In this document: one piece after another, positions 63,770 to 64,000 of the stretch | Numbering within the stretch: the first letter of the stretch is position 1 | Layout: each line of letters begins with the position of its first letter | Source: a phage | Direction: 5' to 3' (one strand) | Sequence record: PZ154896.1 | Length of the DNA: 64,000 nucleotides | Made by a program: the position numbers and the translations under genes | Notes under the pieces: model-generated | What the model saw: the letters and a program-made list of their open reading frames with translations, nothing else | The model's database searches: none | What the model was told of the DNA's origin: nothing

Positions 63770-64000
63770 AATAATGGTTCCCAATCAACAATCACAATTT
63801 CTAGTTTAGTGGAATACGTATCTAAAATCTCTTCGATGATATCCCAGTTTCCGCCACCGATACCTGCACCAATTCTTGGCATATAAATTACAGGCTTTGT
63901 TATCTTATTCTTTCCGAATTCATTTAATTCTATTATACAATTCATTAAAGCATAGTACTCAAAATTAGGTCCCGGCTCAAACTGCGTATAAAGATTAAAG
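63766..64000 (-). CDS. C-terminal part of a protein with Gly-rich macro-domain-like motif (gene starts beyond window end)
   Basis: Hand-translated ...NEFGKNKITKPVIYMPRIGAGIGGGNWDIIEEILDTYSTKLEIVIVDWEPLL; tentative. Confidence 0.35.
   Translation of the reverse strand, partial: FNLYTQFEPGPNFEYYALMNCIIELNEFGKNKITKPVIYMPRIGAGIGGGNWDIIEEILDTYSTKLEIVIVDWEPLL

Noticed and set aside
1-64000. tRNA genes and CRISPR arrays
   Set aside because: No cloverleaf-like conserved tRNA motifs and no regularly spaced direct repeats were seen; the recurrent repeats are promoter cassettes with variable spacing and gene-proximal positions.

Overview
This window reads as the early/middle (replication, nucleotide-metabolism, host-takeover) region of a T4-like myovirus; the gene 43 product matches the RB69 DNA polymerase as I remember it, so an RB69-like phage is likely. 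All calls are from reading the sequence and the ORF track against remembered T-even proteins; no searches were run, and coordinates of elements not on the ORF track are approximate (about +/-3 nt). Almost every gene is on the minus strand. In coordinate order the recognisable backbone is: motA (partial), 52, ndd, rIIB, rIIA, 39 (single 605-aa form), dexA, dda, a ModA/ModB-like ADP-ribosyltransferase, soc, 56, 61, imm-like, 41, uvsX, 42, 43, regA, 62, 44, 45, 46, 47, 55, nrdG, nrdD, 49, nrdC, rI and tk. Genes 42 and 56 imply hydroxymethylcytosine DNA. The most interesting region is the block between genes 43 and 42 (about 30179-34441): a KdsD/GutQ-like sugar-phosphate isomerase, a fused nucleotidyltransferase/kinase, a small HAD phosphatase and a Cys-rich 386-aa protein, all translationally coupled. 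I read this as a candidate pathway for an activated pentose (arabinose-type) donor for DNA sugar modification, together with a candidate transferase between rIIA and 39 and two further unknown enzymes where T4 has beta-gt. The second main signal is a repeated regulatory cassette (early promoter with the -10 inside a short inverted repeat, often with a conserved RBS) in front of at least 19 genes. Other observations: tandem paralog families, late TATAAATA promoters embedded in the early region, a probable plus-strand membrane-protein gene, and several accessory enzymes of unknown role. No tRNA, rRNA, CRISPR array, intron or homing-endonuclease gene was recognised.
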